A stretch of DNA of 64,000 bases from NCBI GenBank assembly GCA_964016885.1, contig OZ024743.1, positions 276,520,001-276,584,000 on the forward strand, written 5' to 3'. Shown here piece by piece: positions 29,501 through 46,599 of the stretch. The DNA comes from Eledone cirrhosa. Lineage: Eukaryota. Position numbers and translations under genes: made by a program. The notes beneath the pieces were generated by a model that saw nothing but the letters and a program-made list of their open reading frames with translations, searched no databases and was not told the DNA's origin. How positions within the stretch are numbered: the stretch's first letter is position 1; the number at the start of each line of letters is the position of its first letter.

Positions 29501-32289
29501 TAACACCACAAACAACACCATCAGCAGTTGCTAGAAGAAGCAACACTAACACCACAAACAACACCACTAGCAGTAGCTAGAAGAAGCAACACTAACACCA
29601 CAAACAACACCACCAGCAGTTGTTAGAAGAAGCAACACTAACACCACAAACAACACCACCAGCAGTTGCTAGAAGCAACACTAACACCATAAACAACACC
29701 ACCAGCAGTTGCTAGAAGAAACAACACCAACACCACAAACAACATCACCAGCAGTTGCTAGATGAAGCAACACTAACACCACAAACAACACCACCAGCAG
29801 TTGCTAGAAGAAGCAACACTAACACCACAAACAACACCACCAGCAGTATCTAGAAGAAGCAACACTAACACCACAATCAACACCACCAGCAGTAGCTAGA
29901 AGAAGCAACACTAACACCACAAACAACATCACCAGCAGTTGCTAAAAGAAGCAACACTAACACCACAAACAACACCACCAGCAGTTGCTAGAAGAAGCAA
30001 CACTAACACCACAAAAAACACCACCAGCAGTTGCTAGAAGAAGCAACACTAACACCACAAACAACACCACCAGCAGTTGCTAGAAGAAGGAACACTAACA
30101 CCACAAACAACACCACCAGCAGTTGCTAGAAGGAGCAACACTAACGCCACAAACAACACCACCAGCAGTTGCAAGAAGCAACACTAACACCACAAACAAC
30201 ACCACCAGCAGTTGCTAGAAGAAGCAACACTAACACCACAAACAACACCACCAGCAGTTGCTAGAAGAAGCAACACTAACACCACAAACAACACCACCAG
30301 CAGTAGCTAGAAGAAGCAACACTAACACCACAAACAACACCACCAGCAGTAAATAGAAGAAGCAACACTAACACCACAAACAACACCACCAGCAGTAGCT
30401 AGAAGAAGCAACACTAACACCACAAACAACACCATCAGCAGTTGCTAGAAGAAGCAACACTAACACCACAAACAACACCACCAGCAGTTGCTAGAAGCAA
30501 CACTATCACCACAAACAACACCACCAGCAGTAGCTAGAAGAAGCAACACTAACACCACAAACAACACCACCAGCAGTAGCTAGAAGAAGCAACACTAACA
30601 CCACAAACAACATCACCAGCAGTTGCTAAAAGAAGCAACACTAACACCACAAACAACACCACCAGCAGTTGCTAGAAGAAGCAACACTAACACCACAAAA
30701 AACACCACCAGCAGTTGCTAGAAGAAGCAGCACTAACACCACAAAAAACACCACCAGCAGTAGCTAGAAGAAGCAACACTAACACCACAAACAACATCAC
30801 CAGCAGTTGCTAGAAGAAGCAACACTAACACCACAAACAACACCACCAGCAGTTGCTAGGAGAAGCCACACTAACACCACAAACAACAGCACCAGCAGTT
30901 GCTAGAAGAAGCAACACTAACACCACAAACAACACCACCAGCAGTTGCTAGAAGAAGGAACACTAACACCACAAACAACACCACCAGCAGTAGCTAAAAG
31001 AAGCAACACTAACACCACAAACAACATCACCAGCAGTTGCTAGAAGAAGCAACACTAACACCACAAACAACACCACCAGCAGTTGCTAGAAGGAGCAACA
31101 CTAACACCACAAACAACACCACCAGCTGTTGCTAGAAGAAGCAACACTAACACCACAAACAACACCACCAGCAGTTGCTAGAAGGAGCAACACTAACACC
31201 ACAAACAACACCACCAGCAGTTGCTAGAAGAAGCAACACTAACACCACAAACAACACCACCAGCAGTTGCTAGAAGAAGGAACACTAACACCACAAACAA
31301 CACCACCAGCAGTTGCTAGAAGGAGCAACACTAACGCCACAAACAACACCACCAGCAGTTGCAAGAAGCAACCCTAACACCACAAACAACACCACCAGCA
31401 GTTGCTAGAAGAAGCAACACTAACACCACAAACAACACCACCAGCAGTTGCTAGAAGAAGCAACACTAACACCACAAACAACACCACCAGCAGTAGCTAG
31501 AACCAACACTAACACCACAAACAACACCACCAGCAGTTGCTAGAAGAAGCAACACTAACACCACAAACAACACCACCAGCAGTTGCTAGAAGAAGCAACA
31601 CTAACACCACAAACAACACCAGCAGCAGTAGATAGAAGAAGCAACACTAACACCACAAACAACACCACCAGCAGTAGCTAGAAGAAGCAACACTAACACC
31701 ACAAACAACACCACCAGCAGTAGATAGAAGAAGCAACACTAACACCACAAACAACACCACCAGCAGTAGATAGAAGAAGCAACACTAACACCACAAACAA
31801 CACCATCAGCAGTTGCTAGAAGAAGCAACACTAACACCACAAACAACACCACTAGCAGTAGCTAGAAGAAGCAACACTAACACCACAAACAACACCACCA
31901 GCAGTTGTTAGAAGAAGCAACACTAACACCACAAACAACACCACCAGCAGTTGCTAGAAGCAACACTAACACCACAAACAACACCACCAGCAGTTGCTAG
32001 AAGAAACAACACTAACACCACAAACAACATCACCAGCAGTTGCTAGATGAAGCAACACTAACACCACAAACAACACCACCAGCAGTTGCTAGAAGAAGCA
32101 ACACTAACACCACAAACAACACCACCAGCAGTAGCTAGAAGAAGCAACACTAACACCACAAACAACACCACCAGCAGTAGCTAGAAGAAGCAACACTAAC
32201 ACCACAAACAACATCACCAGCAGTTGCTAAAAGAAGCAACACTAACACCACAAACAACACCACCAGCAGTTGCTAGAAGAAGCAACACT

Positions 32290-32560
32290 AACACCACAAA
32301 AAACACCACCAGCAGTTGCTAGAAGCAACACTAACACCACAAACAACACCACCAGCAGTTGCTAGAAGAAGCAACACTAACACCACAAAAAACACCACCA
32401 GCAGTTGCTAGAAGCAACACTAACACCACAAACAACACCACCAGCAGTTGCTAGAAGAAGCAACACTAACACCACAAAAAACACCACCAGCAGTTGCTAG
32501 AAGCAACACTAACACCACAAACAACACCACCAGCAGTTACTAGAAGAAGCAACACTAACA
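32290..32560. repeat. 89-bp dimer (43-bp + 46-bp monomers) repeated three times
   Basis: An ACAAAAAAC monomer carrying the GAA deletion occurs at 32298, 32387 and 32476, alternating with full-length monomers. The block is copied again near 41.9 kb. Confidence 0.85.
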
Positions 32561-35500
32561 CCACAAACAACACCACCAGCAGTTGCTAGAAGAAGCAACA
32601 CTAACACCACAAACAACACCACCAGCAGTAGCTAGAACCAACACTAACACCACAAACAACACCACCAGCAGTAGCTAAAAGAAGCAACACTAACACCACA
32701 AACAACATCACCAGCAGTTGCTAGAAGAAGCAACACTAACACCACAAACAACACCACCAGCAGTTGCTAGAAGGAGCAACACTAACACCACAAACAACAC
32801 CACCAGCAGTTGCTAGAAGAAGCAACACTAACACCACAAACAACACCACCAGCAGTTGCTAGAAGGAGCAACACTAACACCACAAACAACACCACCAGCA
32901 GTTGCTAGAAGAAGCAACACTAACACCACAAACAACACCACCAGCAGTTGCTAGAAGAAGGAACACTAACACCACAAACAACACCACCAGCAGTTGCTAG
33001 AAGGAGCAACACTAACGCCACAAACAACACCACCAGCAGTTGCAAGAAGCAACACTAACACCACAAACAACACCACCAGCAGTTGCTAGAAGAAGCAACA
33101 CTAACACCACAAACAACACCACCAGCAGTTGCTAGAAGAAGCAACACTAACACCACAAACAACACCACCAGCAGTAGCTAGAACCAACACTAACACCACA
33201 AACAACACCACCAGCAGTTGCTAGAAGAAGCAACACTAACACCACAAACAACACCACCAGCAGTTGGTAGAAGAAGCTACACTAACACCACAAACAACAC
33301 CACCAGCAGTAGCTAGAAGAAGCAACACTAACACCACAAACAACACCACCAGCAGTAAATAGAAGAAGCAACACTAACACCACAAACAACACCACCAGCA
33401 GTAGCTAGAAGAAGCAACACTAACACCACAAACAACACCATCAGCAGTTGCTAGAAGAAGCAACACTAACACCACAAACAACACCACTAGCAGTAGCTAG
33501 AAGAAGCAACACTAACACCACAAACAACACCACCAGCAGTTGTTAGAAGAAGCAACACTAACACCACAAACAACACCACCAGCAGTTGCTAGAAGCAACA
33601 CTAACACCATAAACAACACCACCAGCAGTTGCTAGAAGAAACAACACTAACACCACAAACAACATCACCAGCAGTTGCTAGATGAAGCAACACTAACACC
33701 ACAAACAACACCACCAGCAGTTGCTAGAAGAAGCAACACTAACACCACAAACAACACCACCAGCAGTATCTAGAAGAAGCAACACTAACACCACAAACAA
33801 CACCACCAGCAGTAGCTAGAAGAAGCAACACTAACACCACAAACAACATCACCAGCAGTTGCTAAAAGAAGCAACACTAACACCACAAACAACACCACCA
33901 GCAGTTGCTAGAAGAAGCAACACTAACACCACAAAAAACACCACCAGCAGTTGCTAGAAGAAGCAACACTAACACCACAAACAACACCACCAGCAGTTGC
34001 TAGAAGAAGGAACACTAACACCACAAACAACACCACCAGCAGTTGCTAGAAGGAGCAACACTAACGCCACAAACAACACCACCAGCAGTTGCAAGAAGCA
34101 ACACTAACACCACAAACAACACCACCAGCAGTTGCTAGAAGAAGCAACACTAACACCACAAACAACACCACCAGCAGTTGCTAGAAGAAGCAACACTAAC
34201 ACCACAAACAACACCACCAGCAGTTGCTAGAAGAAGCAACACTAACACCACAAACAACACCACCAGCAGTTGCTAGAAGCAACACTATCACCACAAACAA
34301 CACCACCAGCAGTTGCTAGAAGAAGCAACACTAATACCACAAACAACACCACCAGCAGTTGCTAAAAAAGCAACACTAACACCACAAACAACACCACCAG
34401 CAGTAGCTAGAAGAAGCAACACTAACACCACAAACAACACCACCAGCAGTTGTTAGAAGGAGCAACACTAACGCCACAAACAACACCACCAGCAGTTGCA
34501 AGAAGCAACACTAACACCACAAACAACACCACCAGCAGTTGCTAGAAGAAGCAACACTAACACCACAAACAACACCACCAGCAGTTGCTAGAAGAAGCAA
34601 CACTAACACCACAAACAACACCACCAGCAGTAGCTAGAACCAACACTAACACCACAAACAACACCACCAGCAGTTGCTAGAAGAAGCAACACTAACACCA
34701 CAAACAACACCACCCGCAGTTGCTAGAAGAAGCAACACTAACACCACAAACAACACCACCAGCAGTTGCTAGAAGAAGCAACACTAACCCCACAAACAAC
34801 ACCACCAGTAGTTGCTAGAAGAAGCAACACTAACACCACAAACAACACCACCAGCAGTAGCTAGAAGAAGCAACACTAACACCACAAACAACATCGCCAG
34901 CAGTTGCTAGAAGAAGCAACACTAACACCACAAACAACACCACCAGCAGTAGCTAGAAGAAGCAACACTAACACAACAAACAACACCACCAGCAGTTGCT
35001 AGAAGCAACACTAACACCACAAACAACACCACCAGCAGTTGCTAGAAGAAACAACACTAACACCACAAACAACATCACCAGCAGTTGCTAGATGAAGCAA
35101 CACTAACACCACAAACAACACCACCAGCAGTTGCTAGAAGAAGCAACACTAACACCACAAACAACACCACCAGCAGTAGCTAGAAGAAGCAACACTAACA
35201 CCACAAACAACACCACCAGCAGTAGCTAGAAGAAGCAACACTAACACCACAAACAACATCACCAGCAGTTGCTAAAAGAAGCAACACTAACACCACAAAC
35301 AACACCACCAGCAGTTGCTAGAAGAAGCAACACTAACACCACAAAAAACACCACCAGCAGTTACTAGAAGAAGCAACACTAACACCACAAACAACACCAC
35401 CAGCAGTTGCTAGAAGAAGCAACACTAACACCACAAACAACACCACCAGCAGTAGCTAGAACCAACACTAACACCACAAACAACACCACCAGCAGTAGCT

Positions 35501-37050
35501 AAAAGAAGCAACACTAACACCACAAACAACATCACCAGCAGTTGCTAGAAGAAGCAACACTAACACCACAAACAACACCACCAGCAGTTGCTAGAAGGAG
35601 CAACACTAACACCACAAACAACACCACCAGCAGTTGCTAGAAGAAGCAACACTAACACCACAAACAACACCACCAGCAGTTGCTAGAAGGAGCAACACTA
35701 ACACCACAAACAACACCACCAGCAGTTGCTAGAAGAAGCAACACTAACACCACAAACAACACCACCAGCAGTTGCTAGAAGAAGGAACACTAACACCACA
35801 AACAACACCACCAGCAGTTGCTAGAAGGAGCAACACTAACGCCACAAACAACACCACCAGCAGTTGCAAGAAGCAACACTAACACCACAAACAACACCAC
35901 CAGCAGTTGCTAGAAGAAGCAACACTAACACCACAAACAACACCACCAGCAGTTGCTAGAAGAAGCAACACTAACACCACAAACAACACCACCAGCAGTA
36001 GCTAGAACCAACACTAACACCACAAACAACACCACCAGCAGTTGCTAGAAGAAGCAACACTAACACCACAAACAACACCACCAGCAGTTGGTAGAAGAAG
36101 CAACACTAACACCACAAACAACACCACCAGCAGTAGCTAGAAGAAGCAACACTAACACCACAAACAACACCACCAGCAGTAAATAGAAGAAGCAACACTA
36201 ACACCACAAACAACACCACCAGCAGTAGCTAGAAGAAGCAACACTAACACCACAAACAACACCATCAGCAGTTGCTAGAAGAAGCAACACTAACACCACA
36301 AACAACACCACTAGCAGTAGCTAGAAGAAGCAACACTAACACCACAAACAACACCACCAGCAGTTGTTAGAAGAAGCAACACTAACACCACAAACAACAC
36401 CACCAGCAGTTGCTAGAAGCAACACTAACACCATAAACAACACCACCAGCAGTTGCTAGAAGAAACAACACTAACACCACAAACAACATCACCAGCAGTT
36501 GGTAGATGAAGCAACACTAACACCACAAACAACACCACCAGCAGTTGCTAGAAGAAGCAACACTAACACCACAAACAACACCACCAGCAGTATCTAGAAG
36601 AAGCAACACTAACACCACAAACAACACCACCAGCAGTAGCTAGAAGAAGCAACACTAACACCACAAACAACATCACCAGCAGTTGCTAAAAGAAGCAACA
36701 CTAACACCACAAACAACACCACCAGCAGTTGCTAGAAGAAGCAACACTAACACCACAAAAAACACCACCAGCAGTTGCTAGAAGAAGCAACACTAACACC
36801 ACAAACGACACCACCAGCAGTTGCTAGAAGAAGGAACACTAACACCACAAACAACACCACCAGCAGTTGCTAGAAGGAGCAACACTAACGCCACAAACAA
36901 CACCACCAGCAGTTGCAAGAAGCAACACTAACACCACAAACAACACCACCAGCAGTTGCTAGAAGAAGCAACACTAACACCACAAACAACACCACCAGCA
37001 GTTGCTAGAAGAAGCAACACTAACACCACAAACAACACCACCAGCAGTTG
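32500..37050. repeat. Nested higher-order duplication, period 2,824 bp (also present at about 42.1-47.3 kb)
   Basis: TTAC 32537/35361, TATC 33767/36591 and GCTAAAAAAG 43936/46760 all lie at +2824. Confidence 0.85.
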
Positions 37051-40000
37051 CTAGAAGAAGGAACACTAACACCACAAACAACACCACCAGCAGTTGCTAG
37101 AAGGAGCAACACTAACGCCACAAACAACACCACCAGCAGTTGCAAGAAGCAACACTAACACCACAAACAACACCACCAGCAGTTGCTAGAAGAAGCAACA
37201 CTAACACCACAAACAACACCACCAGCAGTTGCTAGAAGAAGCAACACTAACACCACAAACAACACCACCAGCAGTAGCTAGAACCAACACTAACACCACA
37301 AACAACACCACCAGCAGTTGCTAGAAGAAGCAACACTAACACCACAAACAACACCACCAGCAGTTGCTAGAAGAAGCAACACTAACACCACAAACAACAC
37401 CAGCAGCAGTAGATAGAAGAAGCAACACTAACACCACAAACAACACCACCAGCAGTAGCTAGAAGAAGCAACACTAACACCACAAACAACACCACCAGCA
37501 GTAGATAGAAGAAGCAACACTAACACCACAAACAACACCACCAGCAGTAGCTAGAAGAAGCAACACTAACACCACAAACAACACCATCAGCAGTTGCTAG
37601 AAGAAGCAACACTAACACCACAAACAACACCACTAGCAGTAGCTAGAAGAAGCAACACTAACACCACAAACAACACCACCAGCAGTTGTTAGAAGAAGCA
37701 AAACTAACACCACAAACAACACCACCAGCAGTTGCTAGAAGCAACACTAACACCACAAACAACACCACCAGAGGTTGCTAGAAGAAACAACACTAACACC
37801 ACAAACAACATCACCAGCAGTTGCTAGATGAAGCAACACTAACACCACAAACAACACCACCAGCAGTTGCTAGAAGAAGCAACACTAACACCACAAACAA
37901 CACCACCAGCAGTAGCTAGAAGAAGCAACACTAACACCACAAACAACACCACCAGCAGTAGCTAGAAGAAGCAACACTAACACCACAAACAACATCACCA
38001 GCAGTTGCTAAAAGAAGCAACACTAACACCACAAACAACACCACCAGCAGTTGCTAGAAGAAGCAACACTAACACCACAAAAAACACCACCAGCAGTTAC
38101 TAGAAGAAGCAACACTAACACCACAAACAACACCACCAGCAGTTGCTAGAAGAAGCAACACTAACACCACAAACAACACCACCAGCAGTTGCTAGAAGAA
38201 GCAACACTAACACCACAAACAACAGCACCAGCAGTTGCTAGAAGAAGCAACACTAACACCACAAACAACACCACCAGCAGTTGCTAGAAGAAGGAACACT
38301 AACACCACAAACAACACCACCAGCAGTAGCTAAAAGAAGCAACACTAACACCACAAACAACATCACCAGCAGTTGCTAGAAGAAGCAACACTAACACCAC
38401 AAACAACACCACCAGCAGTTGCTAGAAGGAGCAACACTAACACCACAAGCAACACCACCAGCAGTTGCTAGAAGAAGCAACACTAACACCACAAACAACA
38501 CCACCAGCAGTTGCTAGAAGGAGCAACACTAACACCACAAACAACACCACCAGCAGTTGCTAGAAGAAGCAACACTAACACCACAAACAACACCACCAGC
38601 AGTTGCTAGAAGAAGGAACACTAACACCACAAACAACACCACCAGCAGTTGCTAGAAGGAGCAACACTAACGCCACAAACAACACCACCAGCAGTTGCAA
38701 GAAGCAACACTAACACCACAAACAACACCACCAGCAGTTGCTAGAAGAAGCAACACTAACACCACAAACAACACCACCAGCAGTTGCTAGAAGAAGCAAC
38801 ACTAACACCACAAACAACACCACCAGCAGTAGCTAGAACCAACACTAACACCACAAACAACACCACCAGCAGTTGCTAGAAGAAGCAACACTAACACCAC
38901 AAACAACACCACCAGCAGTTGCTAGAAGAAGCAACACTAACACCACAAACAACACCACCAGCAGTAGCTAGAAGAAGCAACACTAACACCACAAACAACA
39001 CCACCAGCAGTAAATAGAAGAAGCAACACTAACACCACAAACAACACCACCAGCAGTAGCTAGAAGAAGCAACACTAACACCACAAACAACACCATCAGC
39101 AGTTGCTAGAAGAAGCAACACTAACACCACAAACAACACCACTAGCAGTAGCTAGAAGAAGCAACACTAACACCACAAACAACACCACCAGCAGTTGTTA
39201 GAAGAAGCAACACTAACACCACAAACAACACCACCAGCAGTTGCTAGAAGCAACACTAACACCATAAACAACACCACCAGCAGTTGCTAGAAGAAACAAC
39301 ACCAACACCACAAACAACATCACCAGCAGTTGCTAGATGAAGCAACACTAACACCACAAACAACACCACCAGCAGTTGCTAGAAGAAGCAACACTAACAC
39401 CACAAACAACACCACCAGCAGTATCTAGAAGAAGCAACACTAACACCACAATCAACACCACCAGCAGTAGCTAGAAGAAGCAACACTAACACCACAAACA
39501 ACATCACCAGCAGTTGCTAAAAGAAGCAACACTAACACCACAAACAACACCACCAGCAGTTGCTAGAAGAAGCAACACTAACACCACAAAAAACACCACC
39601 AGCAGTTGCTAGAAGAAGCAACACTAACACCACAAACAACACCACCAGCAGTTGCTAGAAGAAGGAACACTAACACCACAAACAACACCACCAGCAGTTG
39701 CTAGAAGGAGCAACACTAACGCCACAAACAACACCACCAGCAGTTGCAAGAAGCAACACTAACACCACAAACAACACCACCAGCAGTTGCTAGAAGAAGC
39801 AACACTAACACCACAAACAACACCACCAGCAGTTGCTAGAAGAAGCAACACTAACACCACAAACAACACCACCAGCAGTAGCTAGAAGAAGCAACACTAA
39901 CACCACAAACAACACCACCAGCAGTAAATAGAAGAAGCAACACTAACACCACAAACAACACCACCAGCAGTAGCTAGAAGAAGCAACACTAACACCACAA

Positions 40001-43000
40001 ACAACACCATCAGCAGTTGCTAGAAGAAGCAACACTAACACCACAAACAACACCACCAGCAGTTGCTAGAAGCAACACTATCACCACAAACAACACCACC
40101 AGCAGTAGCTAGAAGAAGCAACACTAACACCACAAACAACACCACCAGCAGTAGCTAGAAGAAGCAACACTAACACCACAAACAACATCACCAGCAGTTG
40201 CTAAAAGAAGCAACACTAACACCACAAACAACACCACCAGCAGTTGCTAGAAGAAGCAACACTAACACCACAAAAAACACCACCAGCAGTTGCTAGAAGA
40301 AGCAGCACTAACACCACAAAAAACACCACCAGCAGTAGCTAGAAGAAGCAACACTAACACCACAAACAACATCACCAGCAGTTGCTAGAAGAAGCAACAC
40401 TAACACCACAAACAACACCACCAGCAGTTGCTAGGAGAAGCCACACTAACACCACAAACAACAGCACCAGCAGTTGCTAGAAGAAGCAACACTAACACCA
40501 CAAACAACACCACCAGCAGTTGCTAGAAGAAGGAACACTAACACCACAAACAACACCACCAGCAGTAGCTAAAAGAAGCAACACTAACACCACAAACAAC
40601 ATCACCAGCAGTTGCTAGAAGAAGCAACACTAACACCACAAACAACACCACCAGCAGTTGCTAGAAGGAGCAACACTAACACCACAAACAACACCACCAG
40701 CTGTTGCTAGAAGAAGCAACACTAACACCACAAACAACACCACCAGCAGTTGCTAGAAGGAGCAACACTAACACCACAAACAACACCACCAGCAGTTGCT
40801 AGAAGAAGCAACACTAACACCACAAACAACACCACCAGCAGTTGCTAGAAGAAGGAACACTAACACCACAAACAACACCACCAGCAGTTGCTAGAAGGAG
40901 CAACACTAACGCCACAAACAACACCACCAGCAGTTGCAAGAAGCAACCCTAACACCACAAACAACACCACCAGCAGTTGCTAGAAGAAGCAACACTAACA
41001 CCACAAACAACACCACCAGCAGTTGCTAGAAGAAGCAACACTAACACCACAAACAACACCACCAGCAGTAGCTAGAACCAACACTAACACCACAAACAAC
41101 ACCACCAGCAGTTGCTAGAAGAAGCAACACTAACACCACAAACAACACCACCAGCAGTTGCTAGAAGAAGCAACACTAACACCACAAACAACACCAGCAG
41201 CAGTAGATAGAAGAAGCAACACTAACACCACAAACAACACCACCAGCAGTAGCTAGAAGAAGCAACACTAACACCACAAACAACACCACCAGCAGTAGAT
41301 AGAAGAAGCAACACTAACACCACAAACAACACCACCAGCAGTAGATAGAAGAAGCAACACTAACACCACAAACAACACCATCAGCAGTTGCTAGAAGAAG
41401 CAACACTAACACCACAAACAACACCACTAGCAGTAGCTAGAAGAAGCAACACTAACACCACAAACAACACCACCAGCAGTTGTTAGAAGAAGCAACACTA
41501 ACACCACAAACAACACCACCAGCAGTTGCTAGAAGCAACACTAACACCACAAACAACACCACCAGCAGTTGCTAGAAGAAACAACACTAACACCACAAAC
41601 AACATCACCAGCAGTTGCTAGATGAAGCAACACTAACACCACAAACAACACCACCAGCAGTTGCTAGAAGAAGCAACACTAACACCACAAACAACACCAC
41701 CAGCAGTAGCTAGAAGAAGCAACACTAACACCACAAACAACACCACCAGCAGTAGCTAGAAGAAGCAACACTAACACCACAAACAACATCACCAGCAGTT
41801 GCTAAAAGAAGCAACACTAACACCACAAACAACACCACCAGCAGTTGCTAGAAGAAGCAACACTAACACCACAAAAAACACCACCAGCAGTTGCTAGAAG
41901 CAACACTAACACCACAAACAACACCACCAGCAGTTGCTAGAAGAAGCAACACTAACACCACAAAAAACACCACCAGCAGTTGCTAGAAGCAACACTAACA
42001 CCACAAACAACACCACCAGCAGTTGCTAGAAGAAGCAACACTAACACCACAAAAAACACCACCAGCAGTTGCTAGAAGCAACACTAACACCACAAACAAC
42101 ACCACCAGCAGTTACTAGAAGAAGCAACACTAACACCACAAACAACACCACCAGCAGTTGCTAGAAGAAGCAACACTAACACCACAAACAACACCACCAG
42201 CAGTAGCTAGAACCAACACTAACACCACAAACAACACCACCAGCAGTAGCTAAAAGAAGCAACACTAACACCACAAACAACATCACCAGCAGTTGCTAGA
42301 AGAAGCAACACTAACACCACAAACAACACCACCAGCAGTTGCTAGAAGGAGCAACACTAACACCACAAACAACACCACCAGCAGTTGCTAGAAGAAGCAA
42401 CACTAACACCACAAACAACACCACCAGCAGTTGCTAGAAGGAGCAACACTAACACCACAAACAACACCACCAGCAGTTGCTAGAAGAAGCAACACTAACA
42501 CCACAAACAACACCACCAGCAGTTGCTAGAAGAAGGAACACTAACACCACAAACAACACCACCAGCAGTTGCTAGAAGGAGCAACACTAACGCCACAAAC
42601 AACACCACCAGCAGTTGCAAGAAGCAACACTAACACCACAAACAACACCACCAGCAGTTGCTAGAAGAAGCAACACTAACACCACAAACAACACCACCAG
42701 CAGTTGCTAGAAGAAGCAACACTAACACCACAAACAACACCACCAGCAGTAGCTAGAACCAACACTAACACCACAAACAACACCACCAGCAGTTGCTAGA
42801 AGAAGCAACACTAACACCACAAACAACACCACCAGCAGTTGGTAGAAGAAGCTACACTAACACCACAAACAACACCACCAGCAGTAGCTAGAAGAAGCAA
42901 CACTAACACCACAAACAACACCACCAGCAGTAAATAGAAGAAGCAACACTAACACCACAAACAACACCACCAGCAGTAGCTAGAAGAAGCAACACTAACA

Positions 43001-46000
43001 CCACAAACAACACCATCAGCAGTTGCTAGAAGAAGCAACACTAACACCACAAACAACACCACTAGCAGTAGCTAGAAGAAGCAACACTAACACCACAAAC
43101 AACACCACCAGCAGTTGTTAGAAGAAGCAACACTAACACCACAAACAACACCACCAGCAGTTGCTAGAAGCAACACTAACACCATAAACAACACCACCAG
43201 CAGTTGCTAGAAGAAACAACACTAACACCACAAACAACATCACCAGCAGTTGCTAGATGAAGCAACACTAACACCACAAACAACACCACCAGCAGTTGCT
43301 AGAAGAAGCAACACTAACACCACAAACAACACCACCAGCAGTATCTAGAAGAAGCAACACTAACACCACAAACAACACCACCAGCAGTAGCTAGAAGAAG
43401 CAACACTAACACCACAAACAACATCACCAGCAGTTGCTAAAAGAAGCAACACTAACACCACAAACAACACCACCAGCAGTTGCTAGAAGAAGCAACACTA
43501 ACACCACAAAAAACACCACCAGCAGTTGCTAGAAGAAGCAACACTAACACCACAAACAACACCACCAGCAGTTGCTAGAAGAAGGAACACTAACACCACA
43601 AACAACACCACCAGCAGTTGCTAGAAGGAGCAACACTAACGCCACAAACAACACCACCAGCAGTTGCAAGAAGCAACACTAACACCACAAACAACACCAC
43701 CAGCAGTTGCTAGAAGAAGCAACACTAACACCACAAACAACACCACCAGCAGTTGCTAGAAGAAGCAACACTAACACCACAAACAACACCACCAGCAGTT
43801 GCTAGAAGAAGCAACACTAACACCACAAACAACACCACCAGCAGTTGCTAGAAGCAACACTATCACCACAAACAACACCACCAGCAGTTGCTAGAAGAAG
43901 CAACACTAATACCACAAACAACACCACCAGCAGTTGCTAAAAAAGCAACACTAACACCACAAACAACACCACCAGCAGTAGCTAGAAGAAGCAACACTAA
44001 CACCACAAACAACACCACCAGCAGTTGTTAGAAGGAGCAACACTAACGCCACAAACAACACCACCAGCAGTTGCAAGAAGCAACACTAACACCACAAACA
44101 ACACCACCAGCAGTTGCTAGAAGAAGCAACACTAACACCACAAACAACACCACCAGCAGTTGCTAGAAGAAGCAACACTAACACCACAAACAACACCACC
44201 AGCAGTAGCTAGAACCAACACTAACACCACAAACAACACCACCAGCAGTTGCTAGAAGAAGCAACACTAACACCACAAACAACACCACCCGCAGTTGCTA
44301 GAAGAAGCAACACTAACACCACAAACAACACCACCAGCAGTTGCTAGAAGAAGCAACACTAACCCCACAAACAACACCACCAGTAGTTGCTAGAAGAAGC
44401 AACACTAACACCACAAACAACACCACCAGCAGTAGCTAGAAGAAGCAACACTAACACCACAAACAACATCGCCAGCAGTTGCTAGAAGAAGCAACACTAA
44501 CACCACAAACAACACCACCAGCAGTAGCTAGAAGAAGCAACACTAACACAACAAACAACACCACCAGCAGTTGCTAGAAGCAACACTAACACCACAAACA
44601 ACACCACCAGCAGTTGCTAGAAGAAACAACACTAACACCACAAACAACATCACCAGCAGTTGCTAGATGAAGCAACACTAACACCACAAACAACACCACC
44701 AGCAGTTGCTAGAAGAAGCAACACTAACACCACAAACAACACCACCAGCAGTAGCTAGAAGAAGCAACACTAACACCACAAACAACACCACCAGCAGTAG
44801 CTAGAAGAAGCAACACTAACACCACAAACAACATCACCAGCAGTTGCTAAAAGAAGCAACACTAACACCACAAACAACACCACCAGCAGTTGCTAGAAGA
44901 AGCAACACTAACACCACAAAAAACACCACCAGCAGTTACTAGAAGAAGCAACACTAACACCACAAACAACACCACCAGCAGTTGCTAGAAGAAGCAACAC
45001 TAACACCACAAACAACACCACCAGCAGTAGCTAGAACCAACACTAACACCACAAACAACACCACCAGCAGTAGCTAAAAGAAGCAACACTAACACCACAA
45101 ACAACATCACCAGCAGTTGCTAGAAGAAGCAACACTAACACCACAAACAACACCACCAGCAGTTGCTAGAAGGAGCAACACTAACACCACAAACAACACC
45201 ACCAGCAGTTGCTAGAAGAAGCAACACTAACACCACAAACAACACCACCAGCAGTTGCTAGAAGGAGCAACACTAACACCACAAACAACACCACCAGCAG
45301 TTGCTAGAAGAAGCAACACTAACACCACAAACAACACCACCAGCAGTTGCTAGAAGAAGGAACACTAACACCACAAACAACACCACCAGCAGTTGCTAGA
45401 AGGAGCAACACTAACGCCACAAACAACACCACCAGCAGTTGCAAGAAGCAACACTAACACCACAAACAACACCACCAGCAGTTGCTAGAAGAAGCAACAC
45501 TAACACCACAAACAACACCACCAGCAGTTGCTAGAAGAAGCAACACTAACACCACAAACAACACCACCAGCAGTAGCTAGAACCAACACTAACACCACAA
45601 ACAACACCACCAGCAGTTGCTAGAAGAAGCAACACTAACACCACAAACAACACCACCAGCAGTTGGTAGAAGAAGCAACACTAACACCACAAACAACACC
45701 ACCAGCAGTAGCTAGAAGAAGCAACACTAACACCACAAACAACACCACCAGCAGTAAATAGAAGAAGCAACACTAACACCACAAACAACACCACCAGCAG
45801 TAGCTAGAAGAAGCAACACTAACACCACAAACAACACCATCAGCAGTTGCTAGAAGAAGCAACACTAACACCACAAACAACACCACTAGCAGTAGCTAGA
45901 AGAAGCAACACTAACACCACAAACAACACCACCAGCAGTTGTTAGAAGAAGCAACACTAACACCACAAACAACACCACCAGCAGTTGCTAGAAGCAACAC

Positions 46001-46599
46001 TAACACCATAAACAACACCACCAGCAGTTGCTAGAAGAAACAACACTAACACCACAAACAACATCACCAGCAGTTGGTAGATGAAGCAACACTAACACCA
46101 CAAACAACACCACCAGCAGTTGCTAGAAGAAGCAACACTAACACCACAAACAACACCACCAGCAGTATCTAGAAGAAGCAACACTAACACCACAAACAAC
46201 ACCACCAGCAGTAGCTAGAAGAAGCAACACTAACACCACAAACAACATCACCAGCAGTTGCTAAAAGAAGCAACACTAACACCACAAACAACACCACCAG
46301 CAGTTGCTAGAAGAAGCAACACTAACACCACAAAAAACACCACCAGCAGTTGCTAGAAGAAGCAACACTAACACCACAAACGACACCACCAGCAGTTGCT
46401 AGAAGAAGGAACACTAACACCACAAACAACACCACCAGCAGTTGCTAGAAGGAGCAACACTAACGCCACAAACAACACCACCAGCAGTTGCAAGAAGCAA
46501 CACTAACACCACAAACAACACCACCAGCAGTTGCTAGAAGAAGCAACACTAACACCACAAACAACACCACCAGCAGTTGCTAGAAGAAGCAACACTAAC